Below are positions 13,401-27,572 of a DNA stretch of 64,000 nucleotides, in pieces; position 1 is the first letter of the stretch; each line of letters opens with the position of its first letter. The stretch comes from Ophelia neglecta. Lineage: Eukaryota. The stretch is from positions 78,802,001-78,866,000 of the forward strand of contig OZ260662.1 in the NCBI GenBank assembly GCA_965285935.1. Direction: 5' to 3'. The position numbers and the translations under genes are program-made. The notes under the pieces are model-generated. The model was not told the origin of the DNA and ran no database searches. It saw only the letters and a program-made list of their open reading frames with translations.

Positions 13401-14387
13401 GGCACTGTCTAATTAATAGGAACGACATATTTACCGATATATATTATAACAAGGCTCTGGGTGTCTGTAATTTAGCTAAAAATGGATACAAACTGTTCTT
13501 GTTTTAGCTTTAAGATGAAACTAATTTATTCATAAAACAGGTGGTTAAGCTCGGGGACTAGCCCGCAGAAAGCGTCCCCCAGCAGATGCTCGGAAGAAGA
13601 CGCAGTGAGCACGTGCGAAGGTTTATGCTAAGTATTCCAGGAGTGTATAAATTATCGGCTCCTTTTCGAGAAGATTGAGTTTAACCTTAACATCAAACTT
13701 TTTTTGGCGCAAATTAATTTTAAGGCTAACAATGTTGCCATTATTTTTATATTTATGCTAATAATAGATCTACATGTACAATTCCTGGAACTTCAATATT
13801 CTTAGCTTATTATTTTGAAATTAGCCTACTTTAATAAACCTTTATGTACAGCAAAGTTTTATTGATTCCCGCTTAAAGCAGGAAGCCATCAATTACCAGC
13901 GCCATTGATTATCCGCTGCTGGGCCTGTGTTTATACCACAAACCATTTCACATTGTTTGAAAATTCTTTTTGGCGCTTCTTTCGAAATATCAATTCTTAA
14001 TGTTATTTCATGGCCAATAAAACAACAAGCCGTGGTCGAGACTCCATAATAGTTATGTTTTAAAAATCACGAATATTGTTTTGAGGACTAACATCGCCTA
14101 TGGTTTAAGATAAATAATGTATCTTTCAAAGCAATTAGGCAATTGTATTCAAAACCCATAACTCACATGGGTGATGTTTAGGTCAAAACAATGAATTCAC
14201 CGTATTCATTGCAGTGAAAATATAAAACACACAAGGGATAATAACTACAAAGCAACCATGTAGATATCCACTTCACTCATTTAATAAATGATTTCAATGG
14301 GCGCTTGGTCTCAAGACCGCGACAATGCACAAATATAATATGTAAATCAACTGTTCATAAATATTGGTAGACAACTCGGGTTCATCG

Positions 14388-14956
14388 GAATCCAAACGGC
14401 CTCTAACTTACAATCCCCCAGAATCCAAACGGCTTCTAACTTACAATCCCCCAGAATCCAAATGACCTCTATAACTTTCAATCCTCCAGAATCCAAATAG
14501 CCTCTAAGTTACAATCCCCCAGAATCCAAATGACCTATATAACTTACAATCCTCCAGGATCCAAACAGCCTCCAACTTATAATCCTTTAGAATCCAAACC
14601 TTCTCTTACTTATAATCCTTTAGAATCCAAATGGCATCTTACTTACGATCCCCCAGAATCCAAATGGCCTCTACCTTTCAGAAATTTCCAAATGGCATAA
14701 GTTACAAAAACAACAGAGTCCGAATGGCCTGAATAACACAAAGGCTCAGAATCGAGTCAGCATATTAAGTTACACAGACCTACAACCCCCCTCCCAAAAA
14801 TGTATTAAGTTTCACAAACCCTCAGAACCCAAATGGCATAAGTCATAAGTTGCACGAACCTTCAGAAATCAAATTGCATGAGTTTACGCAGATCCTTAAA
14901 AATCAAATTGGATTAAGTTACTAGGTTATTCATATAACCATGTAACTTATGCCATT
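14388..14956. repeat. 33-bp minisatellite decaying rightward and ending in an inverted monomer fragment
   Basis: About 9 good copies of GAATCCAAACGGCCTCTAACTTACAATCCCCCA (14388-14680), then diverged copies to about 14920. 14941-14956 is the exact reverse complement of 14691-14706 region sequence AATGGCATAAGTTACA. Confidence 0.85.
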
Positions 14957-16389
14957 AATTTTGGGTAAGAGTTAGAGGATTATATAAGTAGAGCTTGGTC
15001 AGACGGCCATTGAAGGCATTTTGATGTTGACGAGCACGACTCGGACCAATCTATTGGTACTATGTATAAATATTTCTATGAAATCAATGGAAACGCAAAC
15101 ATTGTTATATTAGTAACTTGTTTCGGCAGATTTTGTTGATCAGTTGAAATATAGATATTATCCTAGCCTGAGGTTTATTCTTTGTATGAACACTCATTAC
15201 ATAAATAATAAACAATGATTAACTGTCTTTCAAGTTGCCCAAACGTGCAATCAGTTAATATACCCCTAGAGCAAGATTTCAGAAAAGAAAACAATCGGTA
15301 CCAGATTGCCTAGGGACACACTTCTTACCGTGGAGAGATAGTACTAATGAGTTGAACCGATTTATAGGGCAACAATCGCAGAAATAAATGAGGCATTTAC
15401 AGTTTTTTCCCCGATAAAGCTGCTCAACTAATCTGCCTGGTACGTGTGGAGCCATTGATAAATGTGTGACATGTATCTGATATACGAAGAACAGAATACT
15501 AAAGATATCTCTCACATAATTATGGACTAGGTCGAGAATGGAGTTAAATGTCTCGGATATATAGTTTAAGACTATATGCCTTGATAACCAAACAGGTGGA
15601 AAGCCCGTATCCACCTATATAGATGGCCATCAGCTATAAGAATCACACACCTGCTTAGCAATCATGTTGCCATGCTGCAATCTACAAGAGAAATATTATA
15701 CAGCAGTGCCTGTGGCAACAAGGTTCAAGGTAATTTGACTTTAATTTTGTTTATAGTTTTTATGGTATTTTTGAACATGTTTAAACATTCTTACACAATT
15801 AGTCTAATATCAAGTTGTACTAAAATCCAACATTTCTATTCAAATTACCAGTCACTTTTTATTTAAAGGTGAACACATCGTGCCGGGGTACATTACTGCT
15901 GATTCACTTAATCATTTTCATACAAAATTAAGTGGTTTCAAGTTTCAAAAAAAAAACTACATCTTAGCCAAAGAATCCTGGCTTTTTGTGACTTGCTGCC
16001 GGTAGCCTGCACGACTTCATCACCTTGTCCGTCCCACGCTGGTTCCTTCTTGTCGCTACACAGTCAGACGATAAATCACGGAGTAACCGCTAGATGACGG
16101 AGTATATAATTTTCGTGAACTGGCAAGAGCTCCTGTTGGGTAATACGAACTTCAAAGTCATTTTGGTTAGACAACGGGCATTTAAGTTTTGTGTGGATGT
16201 CAAGGCCCACAAAGAGTTGTGCCTGCTTATCAGATTGTTGAACACGGTACAAAGTGACACCATTATTGTGGTAAAGAGATAGGCTTCAGGGAGTTGACAA
16301 TCTACAGCGCATTCTGCAAAACAGGAGTTTCCAGACTAGGCCTTGCCCCGACTGAAAAGAAAAGAAAACCACACGAAGGCCTATCAGTA

Positions 16390-16546
16390 CGGAAGCATGG
16401 AAGGGACATTTGTGTGTCAAAATATTTCTCCAATTATTTCGTTCCCTCGAAATAAATTTTCGTTCCCTCGAGAGGACGAATTGTTTTTTCGAGGGAATGA
16501 AATAATGGGAATCTTTTTTACCACCAATGTCCCTTCCATGCTTCCG
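16390..16546. mobile_element. 157-bp foldback MITE with TA target-site duplication
   Basis: Perfect 21-bp TIRs CGGAAGCATGGAAGGGACATT / AATGTCCCTTCCATGCTTCCG, TA on both sides, internal inverted TTCCCTCGA motifs. Confidence 0.9.
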
Positions 16547-19500
16547 TATTATAAGTATATATATTACTGTAAACAGACGGCGACCTGTCTGTACTCAAGA
16601 GTAACGTAGTATATGACTAATGAAGCGTGGACTATAAATATCACAATGATCTTTGAGCACTAACAAACGGCAGGTTTAAATAAAGTATACCATATATTCA
16701 ATAGGCTAGATGATTCAACAGTAGGCCTATAGCAAGTTCACCAGGAATGAATGAAGCAAACAAAGTATTTTGACAAGAATATCTACCATAAGATATATAG
16801 CCTAAATGCGAACGTTTTATTCTCAAATGAATGAGTGCTTTAGGCCTAGGCCTAAAACAAAGGCGGTTCATCCCTAAGCCATTCCCCTGCAGCTCACGAC
16901 TCAATGCAAACCGAAGAATAGCGATCGAGTAAAAGCACCGTCCCCCAGGAGCGTACGTAAATGTGTCAGCTGCAGTCTCAAGGCGCTTCCAAGTGAAGAA
17001 CATCCTCCCGGGCGCATCCTTCTATACTTATTTTGTCTTCCGGTCAGTGTAGGAATAAATGGCCAATCGGGGGCGAGGGGGGGGGGGGGTGGGTGGGGTA
17101 TTTCAACTTCTCTTGTTAAAATAATGGAAACGGGCATGAACTCAGTATACCTTATAATGATGGCATGTTCTACCAGTTATTAATTTTGACGAAATTGGTG
17201 CATCGGCCTATAAGTGTAAGACGCAACGACATTTGTCCCCTGTAGACCTGTGGAACATGCCTGACAAGATGAAGGTAAAGCGTCCATGCTTTCAGTCAAT
17301 ATTCTGCGGTTGTTGAAAGTAGTCCTACAAAGATATCAAGTATTTGTCAGTTGCCGAAAGTCGAATTTGATATCATCAACATAATATCTTACTTGAATTT
17401 TGTTTATGAAAGAAACAAAACAATTTTTTTCTTCTGAAAATTGTTGGCGTCAAACTCCTTTACATAAATCACAGGTTCGTACCAAACCGTGATACCGGGC
17501 AGGTTATTCAGTCTTTGTGTAATCTGTTTCGCCCATCGTCTGTTATCATAAAGTTACACAGACAATTACATATGGCGCGTTTAGCTGCAGGTTAGGTGTT
17601 AAGTTTCTCGTCTGCAACCGTTGCACAATACCGAGCTAACGGTGCAGAAAACTTACATGAAAGAACGCTTTAACATAATGACGAAAGCTAACAATCTAAT
17701 CAAAACAATACACGCACGGCCAGGTACGGCAGAGATGGAGGTGGAGGGGAGGGACGAGGGCGCGACCCTGTACATCGCTAGTCAACTATTACCCGCTCCC
17801 CCATACGTCAGTAGGCAGTCCCAAGCTAGTACACGTACCAGACGACATCAAAACTAAATTGATAGCATAGATTTACAAGTCATCACCAGATCTAGCACGT
17901 CTAGCCTATCTACCAGATTCTGTTCACGACACCTACCGTTGTGTCAACTAGTACAGTACTTCTTAACGTGATAAATCAAACAATTTCCATGGCACCCTCG
18001 TAATGCTTGGTGTAATGTTTTTCTTCTATTCAAAGTTGTGTCTGTTTTTAACGTTATTTTGTTAATAGGATGGCCATAAATCCACACAGTCGACACTAGA
18101 CAATTCTAACTAACATGCAACAGCCGCAAGACAGATTGACTTGCGATGTTAGGTTCAAAGTGATCTCCTTTTGTTCGAGTCAAACGTTTTGGCGCCTTTT
18201 CAAAACACTCCAAGCATAACCTTTCAAGCGATGATAGACTTACCAATTTATATTAGTAGAAAATCAATAAGTTTGTCATGTAACGTACATGGCTAACACA
18301 TCCAACTTTGGAATCAACCAATTTCGCTCGTGGTGCTGGGAATCAGCCCTCCTCAAAATGACCCCAGGCCTAGTTATATGACCCCAAATAATACCGACAC
18401 TCCGAGGACGACACGCTTATATAATTGTTAATAATATAGGCACATATCAATGAATGGGATGATAAAGAATCGTCGGAGCGAAGAACATGCCCGGGTCAAA
18501 ACAGCGAACTTGAGTTAATGAATAAGGTATGTATGGACGAACATTATTGATGAAATTTGTACAATCTTAGGTCTGTATACGATGACCAGTAGGCCTATAT
18601 CATTTACCAAGGGGACTATTTTATCTAGCGTTGCTGAGTAAATAACAATCATCTAGTAGGCCCATGCATATCTATCAATTATATAGGTAAAAACTATCAA
18701 AAGTTATCATTAAATTGCCTTATTGGAGAAGTAAATTATCAATAATTGCGCAAGAACAGGCAAGAAAAACATTGGGGAGGAAAGCAAATACTAGGCGGTA
18801 AAGGAACAAGTCCTACCCCGCTGTCGAGGGAGAATAGCCCGGCCGTCTCCCCCACGGAAGTGGGGTACAAAACGCGGCGGCGAGACCACAAGGGAGCGGG
18901 TCTGTGCCATACACCGATTGTTCAATAGGTAACTTATCTGTTGGCGGCTCTCAGTGGGGATGAATAGCTTCGACATGCTGGAGGCGGGTTGTCGATTTAG
19001 TGCCTGTTTAGAAACGCCTCAAACTGCTTCAATGCCCCGCGTTTTTTTCCACGCTGTGCACCTAAATACCATTTGTCTATGTTACCGTAATGACTTGTGA
19101 CTATTTAGCGCCCTATCAGTGACAAGTCAGCAATAGTCAAGTGATAAAACACTGCAATTGAGATGTCAAATAAGAGAGTTTCGTCTTACCGCCTTATTTG
19201 GCGTGAGGCCCGAACGGATACTGGGAGACTGTCACCGCCTGGTGTATCAGCATACCTAGGCCAGACTCTAGGTCTAGGTAGATTTACGTATAGATACAAT
19301 GGAAACTATGATGAATCCATAGTACTTTTCTGGATGTTCCTCGATAACTGATTTTTTCCTCACATACTTCCCACGGTACAATTCAAATGTGTCTTCTCTG
19401 TAACGATTTAAATCCGAAGTTTACACGCCTTAGGATGCATAGTAAAAGTAAAAACGGGTCAATAAAGTAGCAATATCAGCGTTGCCATGGTGTCAAAATA

Positions 19501-22500
19501 AGAAGGAAAAATCTTTTTTTAATGAAACAAATTATCCCTGGAATCTAAACAGGGGTTCTATGTGAACGGCAAGTGTGTATCTTTATTTGTTTAACTTGTG
19601 CTACCGGAAGTTTCCAGAATGTTGTTGTACTCTGTTTTGTCCTTGGCAGAGATGTGTTGTAAGAAATGAAACATTTCTAACATGTGAGTTAGTACATTCA
19701 TGTTTGTGGTCCCAAAAGGACAGAGTCATCCTATGCTTGTATCGGTGCCATCTTGTTAACTGATGACACCATTGGCTTAGTAAAGGTAAAGCTTATAGCT
19801 TATCTACCATTATTGCCTATGTGTAAACCTATATAGGCCTTAGATTTGAAGATAAGCAGGTTAGTGTAATTTCAGATGTTATTAATAATATCCCGACTTT
19901 TTTATAATCAAGCGATATAAAAGCACACTGTTGCCCAATCATAGAGGCCATCTGACCAAAGAGCGGCGCTCTCAATACAATTAATGATTCTTTCCTTAAA
20001 ATTGGCCTATAGGTCTATAGATGGTAAAGTATTTAGATGTTCTGATTAAATTTTGAAAATAGCGACCATCTTGAAATGCAGTAAAAGGCCAATAGCGTAA
20101 GGTAAAACTGAGTGCTAAAATTAGATATATATTTCATGGTAAAGCAGGAAATAAAGTAAAGACCTCGTGGTGTGTCCCTACAGATACATATTGATCACCT
20201 GTCCCTGGCTATAAGCTAATATTATTTTCCATAATTTTGGCTTGAACCCATGAACCTAGATTGATTTTGCTATTTCTAATAAATTGTGCCTATTTTATTT
20301 AAGTAGCAGACCTAAAAGTTGCGTTCAGTATATTGAATGAATGGTTACAAATAACATATAGGGTTATTATCATCTATTTTAATGACATTTCCTATACTCT
20401 AGGGCCCTAAAGGTCCCCTAAGGGTCATCATGTATCATCCCTTTCACGTGTCGGGCATATCAAAGGCAAGTTTTTTTTGATATTCTCATCAATTTTCTTG
20501 CGCTGCATTTTAGGCCAAGAATCATGTTTATATGTCTCAGAAGCAGGTTTTAAAAAAGAATATATTTCTAGATCTGCACCTTTATCTAAAGCTTATCGTA
20601 GAATTATCTCCTGCTTTGTGCTTTGGAGCCTAGAACCTTATTCCTTTAAAAAAAATAACCACATGTTAATGTCGTTCAGGCTAGTATGTGTTTTACTTTA
20701 CATAGCTGATACATTTTCCTTTAATTCCAACCACCTGGTACATGTTCCTATGTCGGACACCCGTTCAATGAGGTCTATAATTGAAATTCAGTAGGGTGGC
20801 CACTTCTTTCACAGATGTTGTGTGTGCGTGCTAACACCAAAGTCAGATTTCTGATCACCTGGTGTAAGGTTTCATTTTAAGTTATTTAATGAAGTTTGAT
20901 GTTATCAATTGGACAATTTCCTACCAATCCTATGAACATACGCTTCTTTTCAGCCTGAAATCGTGTCGTTTCGAACCTCCTCTCCTATGTCCAGTATGGA
21001 ACTGTTATAAGCTTCCCAATGTCATCCACAGGCTTTTCGCCACCTTTATTTGCTTCCGTATTTGTTTTCCCTGTATATCTTAAAATCTGGAAAATTAGGC
21101 GGCCATTTCAAAGTGGAGAAAATGGCCCAGACCGTGTAAGGTCTGCATTGAACTCGCTATGATATTTGTTATTTCTATATATCATTCTAAAATGTGTGTT
21201 GACCAGGCCCAGTGATTCAAATCATGGCTTATTTTCAGCATGAGAAGCTTCGTCAATGTACCCTAGGTGAATGTTTTGAAAAAATTATCGCGGAGGATCG
21301 GCGTGAATAAAGACTAAATGATTGGAAAATTGCCTAGGTTTGGAATAACAAGAAATCAAAGTAGTAAAATTTTGTCATATAAGAGGTCCGGCAAAGTCCG
21401 TTTGTTCACCGATGGAGGCATTGGCACATCTTTTGGGCGTCAATGTTTGTCCAACTGCGGGATTGAAGTACCCGAGACTAACTCTTATTGTGGAGCGCAA
21501 ATGACAGAAGGATACACAATGACTAGCCACACCGCTAAATCTTTGTGTCAATCTTCGCCAGCCTCCCCATTCACCATGGTGTTTCTACAGGTGTTAAACC
21601 AAATCAATTCAAAATTAAAATTTACATTATCAAATGTTTTCTTATTTAATTAAATCCCTTGATGGGTGGACTAAGGGGATCCTTTGGCAATATTTGACTA
21701 CCATTTCTTGAAGATTGCACGTGAATGTCTGTGGTGGCTGTGTGTCCCTCATTCATACAGGCCTACACGGGCTTGGCTTTTTTGTTGGCAGCACGATAAC
21801 ACGGGGATCAGTTTACGAAATGTTCATTATCTTTGCTTTGACTTATTATGCCTTTACGACATGTCATACATTATATTTTCTGTCAGAAGCATTAAAAGTC
21901 ACCAAGAAGATTGCTGCTCGACACGCACTGCACGCGCCCCGATTTTAAGTTTATTCCAAAAAACGAAACGCAGTAACGAGTTGCAATATATGATTATATG
22001 GGCCAGACGAGGACCACTAACCTTTTTAATGTAAAGTTTATTTGGGAGTCCATTATGTGAGTGACTTCACTTTTTACCCGGCAAAATGCATCTCATGCAA
22101 TGTTCACGAAAACCCATGGAGCATATGGTCGGATTCGAAATAAGTGGGAGGACTCCGATATAGGCTATGTAGGTATCTGATCAATACCTATATACTGTAT
22201 ATTCTAATCACGAGAGCGTGGTTCCTTTCTTTCATGTGTATAAAACGCACGCGTTTGGTTCATGGGCCTTCTCATCTCACAAGTTTTAAAAATCTGAATA
22301 AACAGTCAACTTTGAAGTGACAAATTTGTGTCATAAATGTTTCTCTCTCTCTTCGGGAAATTATGTTAAAACGATCGATCTGAGGTAGTAACTTTGATGG
22401 TCCTATCACTATTCACTAAAATGAAGACTTTCGTATTTTTTTCTTCCGCCATTACAAAGATGAGTTCGGTAGATGATTGAGGTTGAATGTTACAGTCTTC

Positions 22501-25500
22501 TATGCATGGACACGGTTCAATAAACTCACGAAGCAGCTCTCTGCCTCCCAAAAGACGTTTTGTTTGCTAGTTAGATGCAAATCGAAACCGCCCAATGCTC
22601 GTAAATAGTGATTGTTAGATCCCCAACTTTCGGAAATTAGATTTTAACAACTCCCAATAGCTAAATATCATCGGCACGAGATTCTTTGTGAATGTGGCAT
22701 TTTCCCATACAGGACGCCTTCCAAATGAATTTATTTATAATGAAAACAAACGATTAATGAAAGGTTTGCACAAAATGCCGGGTAAATGTGGCTGGCGGGT
22801 CGATGGGGATTGATTTATCACTATCGATAGCAGACGACTCGAGCCGAAGCGGTAGTAGATGCTCAGATTTGATCCTCGGCACAATGGCCACATTATTCCC
22901 TCTCAAAGTCTGCCTGATTTTCTGTGTTATTTAATAACAGAGCACATTATTAGCCACACTGTGCCGCCATGAATAGGCTTTATTCCTCCAATGTATCTCC
23001 GAGCGACAGAAAAGCCGGCTCATGAAAATCTTAAAAGGATTTCGCCGGTGAATAACGGGCATCCATTACCCGTGAACAGCCCGCTGCCGAGGCAAAACAA
23101 CCCGCTCTCAGTAGAAAAGCCGACCACGATTTCAGGATGTCGCTTCACCGAATCTCGTCAACCCATTGTCCCGCAGTCATTATCGGCCTCTTCATTTTAA
23201 TTAAGCACCCATCCAGAGTATTGACAAATCTCAATCGGATTGGAATTGAGTTATAATACACCGATAATTATGTTTTCGTTCGACACTCTATAATACTAAT
23301 CTTATTTCACCCAGTGCATTGTGGTCGGGGCTTACAGTGATTTGCAAGGCGGGAGGCATGAAAGCAGCCACCTAAACTCGTCTGCACTTAACGAAGCTGG
23401 TGTGCAAAGATAGTGTCAAGCGGAATAAAGCTGTCTTATCACTTTCTATACCCCACACGATTCAATCGGAGCTGTAAAGATCCAAATGACGGCTTGCCTT
23501 CGCACAATGTCATTTTTTTGACATGACTATTCACCAACTTAGGCCCGTTTGATGAGATATATAAATAGGCAGATCTAAGTATACAGGCCTAAATCATATC
23601 CCCTTTACTGACAACGGCATAATAGGCATTCGACTTTTTTTCTTATAATTACTAAAAATATAATTCAAGCGAATTTAATAAATTATAATAAGCCTAATCA
23701 CTGTTGACAATAAATGCCAGACGCAACTTATGAATGTTAAAAGGAATGCTAACCCCCACTCCCCTCCCCCTCCCTTCCTCCCCAGCCCCCCCCCCCCCCC
23801 CCGCACAATTAAGAGTGGAACGAGTGTTCTTTCAAAGAGGTTCAAAAGCGTTCAGGTTTGTATTTTCTTTCAAAAAATTGATTTTTTTATGCGATTCATT
23901 GTATATGAAGACGACAGCCAAACTTAAATGTTTATATTGTTACAAAACCAAAGGCGGTTAAAAAATGTTGCCAGTCGGGCATATGTTACAAAGAAAACAA
24001 AGCTGAACACACCAACAACACTGATGCCGCTATATTGATCTAAAAACCTTGTCAATCGTTGTTGATACAACTTGACCTTTTCACCACCATCTGCTTCACA
24101 CAAAGCCGAAAATTTAACGCAATTTGCAGTTTGTAAAGAACCATGTACTGAGGCGAAACTAAACACGAATAACGGCAGATGGGGCACCCATTAAACTGTC
24201 ATCAAATGCGTGAAAACTTTCGTCAGTCCCAAGTCTTCTTCTGAGATTATAAATGTGTTATTCAATGCTCATTCAAAAGCAAATTTACGGCACATCAGTC
24301 AGATCTAAAGGGGAAACACAAGCGTCAAAAACTGCGGGGTGAATTGTTGTGTGTTGCTAATTATGTGTACATTTAGAGCTGATACACAAGTGGCTTCATT
24401 TAACAAGCTTTATTCAATTGCCTTTTATGTTAAATCTAATAACTGGGACGGTGTGGTGAGCTGATAGGTTTTGCAGGGGAAGATGAGGTCCTCTGCGGTT
24501 GGTCCATTGTTGGCAGGACCCCGGGTCGACAAGGGGCCAACGGGCCCTCCCCACACAGCAACCCGGGTGTATTCAACCACAAGGAAAATCTTTCAACAGC
24601 TTCTAACGAGCTCCGAACAAATTATGCATTTGTTTTGGTAATTGAGGCCTGAAGAGAAGGGGGGAAGGGTCGATTGCTGGGGAGGAGCCCTACAAATTAA
24701 CAATGATTATTCCCCAAAGAGAGTTGGCAGTGAGTCGCAATCAGTCAGATTTTCCACCGTTGTGGCTCGCCAGAAAAGCAAGACCGTCGACCCCATCACA
24801 GTGGCACGGAGTAATTCGGGGTGACCAGTGTAATTTACAGTCAGCCGAGGGGAAGATCTCCGAAAGAACGAGCAAAAGTGACTAGACGTAAAATTACATT
24901 CGAGCTGTTAGTCACATTCAGCGGTAATTGTCTCGACCATCTGATGAGGTATTGGGTAACGAAAAATTAATGGCTTGTCAGATGGAGGCGGAGGTGAATT
25001 AACTGTTTTGTGATCACGCCTTCATCACAAATAGACAAGAATGAATTAATTACGGAAATATGTTATGTATAAATGCTAACCTACATATTAAGCAATAAAA
25101 CGAGATGTCACTGTTGCTAAGCTTGTTAGTATTGTCAAATGATGGAAAGTTTAACTGTCAGCCATTCGGGTAGGCTAAAGTGGGAGCTCTAAAAGCCTTT
25201 AAGTTAAAAGAAAGTATTAGTCAAATATCAATCATATATATTATTATTATAATATAGTGAACTTGGCACCCTATTCGACTTTTAAGTGCATGCTATAGAC
25301 TTGTACTGTGTCATGTATACTAACAGAACTAAAATGGGATATCGTTCGACTATGGTGATTTGTTTCTGCCTTTGTAGTTGTCCAATCAGAAACACCAAAT
25401 GAGTGGAATAGAAATGTGCTATCTCAGGGTAATGCCTTGCCGTCTACGTATATAGTCACTGGGGCTATTATGCAGTGCAGGCCCACGAATCCCCGGAAGG

Positions 25501-27451
25501 CCGTGGGTTCCCGAATAGCAATTGTAAACGTTCGATAACAACCGCCAACTCAATCCATTTGCGACTTAAGTAGAGCCTAAATGCATCTCCGAAACGTGTT
25601 TCCCATGTGAACGACATTACTTCCGCAGAAAATTTTCATATTTATGAAGCTGCCTCGGCTGGTCCAAATGGACTGGGGACAAGCCAGGCGAAAAATTCGA
25701 AAATGGAAAAATGTCAGTCTGGCATCGAAACCACTCTCGTGATAATAGAAGTGGCTTGAAACGATTGTCGCAAAATTGGCTGCCGATTTAGTCCTGGAAA
25801 ATTACCATAACAGGGTCTGCAGGCCATCCGCAGACGACAAGAAGGATGGCGGAGCGTGACATGTAGGAAAGTAGAAGAAATAATTCTATTGGAACATTGC
25901 AGAATCGTTGCAAGTTTTATTTAAGAGCAGGAGCAACTGCATTGCAAAGGAAGAAAAATACCCCAAAAAGGCCAATATAGGCTAGCGACAGTCAAGTTGA
26001 ATATGGGCTTACATCTCAGTAACAAGATTAAGTAGGGCTCTTGATGAAAGTGGCCATTTTTATTTATTTCATGCCCCTGGCCATGATCAGGAAATCTTGA
26101 AATGGAAGTGAACAGATTCCGCGCCCATCTTTCATGTGACGCGGTCTAGTGGCCATGGAACCAAGACTGTAATTGGTAAAGCACATCAAATTAAAGCTGC
26201 AATGGCCGGGTCCACTTAACACATAAACCTATAACCAATCTAATCAAGCTAAATTGCAAGATTCCATCAGGGTGGGACGGTGGACGAGCAGACTTAAAGG
26301 CCATCCAACACAGCCTTAATTGTCGCTTTGTGACTCCCAAATTGCCAAACGAGAGCTTTGCAGCATACCAATAGCAGCAGATCAAAGTCGAGCACTTAAC
26401 TCTATACTTTACCGGGGATGGCAGCTACACTTTCTGGGAAGTAACCAATGAAAAATATATTTTTGTCCCTAATGGTAATGTTTTCCTTGTAAATTGTTAA
26501 GTGTGTCAGTTTTAGCCAACGTCGCAGCTCGTTTAGGATGGCCATTAGATGCAGGGTTCTTCGGCCCTTGGGGAGGTCGAAAATGGACGCCTGCAATGTT
26601 CTGTCGTTTTGGGAGCTATTTCGTCCAGTAGCTACAGAGCGACTGGATGGAATCGGGTCTCCCAGATTTTCTCAAATAGGCCTACAGCAAGAAATGGCAT
26701 GAGAAGGTCGACGGTCATCGCTGGAATGAAATCGAATCACCCAATCCCTAAGACCTAATTCAAAAGTTAAATGGCTCTAAAATTTGAGACGCCTACATGT
26801 TGTATTGTCAGGTCGACAAATAAAGGCAAATTAACATATTATTTGACTGAATGGAACATTGGTGTTCCTTTTCAGGTTCTATACACATTTTTTGCCATTA
26901 TAAGGAAACTTGTTGCAATGCCTGGATTTTTGTTGTATAGTGTTGTAATAAAAGAGGTATACCAACCCTATACAGAGTTTCTTCCCATATATGGTTTATT
27001 GGTAGTCTTAAAATTAATATATAGGCTTATGGGGTTCAGGGGAGAACCATTAGATAACCCGGGTAGAAATGGGGTGGGGGTGGCCGGTGGTGTTAGTTTT
27101 CTTTGAAGAATTTTTCAAGTTTGATCTTATTATGTTCAGAAAACAGTTTGTTTCCCAACCACTGGAAAATGTTTGTTTGTACACCAGTTAGTAAAATCGC
27201 GATCGCACACCCTCTTCGCGACTGAGCCAATATACAAGGATGCCGCTTGGCACTTGAAGATTTAAGATCACGACTATGAAGTAGAATGATGTGTAATGGG
27301 CATGGCTGTTGCATAAAACATAATGAATTTACACATTGCAACAAATAGGATTTTCAAAACCATCTAAACGTCAAACAGTTGCTTGGCCTTGATGGAAATT
27401 CACGTAGAAAATGCGCATGCACATTAAGTCTCGACGGATTCACCCTATATA

Positions 27452-27572
27452 CAGTGTAACCTGTGAATTTAGACCACCCAAGTGATGGGAAAATACTGGT
27501 CTGAATATAGAGGTGGTCTGGTTACACGGGTTATTTTACATTGAAAGTGTACAAAATGGTCTTCATATAGGC
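27452..27572 (-). mobile_element. Truncated inverted copy of the 10319..10496 MITE family
   Basis: TA-CAGTGTAACCTG terminus. TACTGGTCTGAATATAGAGGTGGTCTGG...TTTTACATTGAAAGT matches the reverse complement of about 10400-10455. Confidence 0.7.

Noticed and set aside
14388-14690. CRISPR-like regular repeats
   Set aside because: Contiguous tandem monomers with no unique spacers, in a eukaryotic context with no cas genes.
24937-24985. CTGATGAG...CGAAA hammerhead-ribozyme-like core
   Set aside because: Stem II cannot pair and no stem III or cleavage triplet is evident. The segment instead forms a simple CCATCTGA/TCAGATGG hairpin.
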